A stretch of DNA of 32,000 bases from NCBI RefSeq assembly GCF_051307035.1, contig NZ_CP195536.1, positions 1,080,001-1,112,000 of the forward strand, given 5' to 3'. The translations under genes were made by a program, and so were the position numbers. The DNA comes from Psychrobacter sp. DM4 (GTDB taxonomy: Bacteria; Pseudomonadota; Gammaproteobacteria; Pseudomonadales; Moraxellaceae). This document shows positions 31,838-32,000 of this stretch, in pieces. The notes beneath the pieces are model-generated. The model saw nothing but the letters and a program-made list of their open reading frames with translations. It did no database searches and had not been told where the DNA came from. How positions within the stretch are numbered: position 1 is the stretch's first letter; every line of letters starts with the position of its first letter.

Positions 31838-32000
31838 ATGGCCGATTTAAAAGGATTTAACGATAAAGAGCAGGGACGCTCACACAATCCAAGCTCAACT
31901 TCGGGCAACTTAACTCGCACGGAAGTCTCAACAGATACTTTAGGTCTCAAAAACCCAGCCTTTTGGTACAGCGGCGGTTTTATTACCCTCTTTGTATTGA
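31838..32000 (+). CDS. BCCT-family (betaine/carnitine/choline) transporter, N-terminal fragment truncated by the window end
   Basis: ATG at 31838 with GGAG SD 7 nt upstream. MADLKGFNDKEQ...LKNPAFWYSGGFITLFVL has the N-terminal NPxFW-first-TM pattern of BCCT carriers. Only about 54 codons are visible. Confidence 0.6.
   Translation, partial: MADLKGFNDKEQGRSHNPSSTSGNLTRTEVSTDTLGLKNPAFWYSGGFITLFVL

Noticed and set aside
1-32000. CRISPR arrays, toxin-antitoxin pairs, restriction-modification or other recognisable defence systems
   Set aside because: I saw no regularly spaced direct repeats, no Cas, methyltransferase, nuclease or NTPase signatures, and no small overlapping gene pairs. The window reads as mainly core metabolism plus a few orphans.

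Overview
This looks like a mostly core chromosomal segment of a moderately AT-rich gammaproteobacterium. I infer Moraxellaceae, Psychrobacter-like, from protein similarities and codon style; that was not computed. I recognise no CRISPR array, intact prophage, integrase or known defence system.

Gene content, left to right:
- tmRNA (ssrA, tag ANDENYALAA) and an aromatic/aspartate aminotransferase.
- A GlxA-type AraC regulator divergent from a long-form acyl-CoA dehydrogenase and two SDR oxidoreductases.
- A DedA/TVP38 membrane domain fused to a class-I pyridine-nucleotide-disulfide oxidoreductase.
- A small helical hypothetical, an AarC/Cat1-type CoA-transferase and a YihG-like acyltransferase.
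- ArfB (ribosome rescue) and a ChrR-type cupin protein.
- A flavin amine oxidase interrupted by one in-frame TAG.
- A very acidic orphan protein, a GST, a 237-aa orphan protein, RluF, an SRPBCC protein and a DUF1244 protein.
- A decayed IS5-family element, followed by a more AT-rich TetR / alpha-beta hydrolase / DUF1272 islet that abuts tRNA-Gly(GCC).
- An IpdC-like 2-keto-acid decarboxylase and GlpM.
- A LysR regulator and a TauE/SafE exporter, divergent from a RidA / aldehyde dehydrogenase / M19 dipeptidase / BCCT transporter cluster.

Most notable observations:
- An unlisted 45-codon ORF with 11 cysteines (metallothionein-like), with its own Shine-Dalgarno (SD) site and terminator, downstream of LysR-TauE.
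- The single amber codon that replaces an expected Trp in the amine oxidase.
- The IS-remnant/tRNA-bounded islet.
- A nested four-copy REP-like palindromic element inside the catabolic operon.
- Two orphan proteins with no family I can name.

All similarity statements come from memory of protein families. No database search was run.
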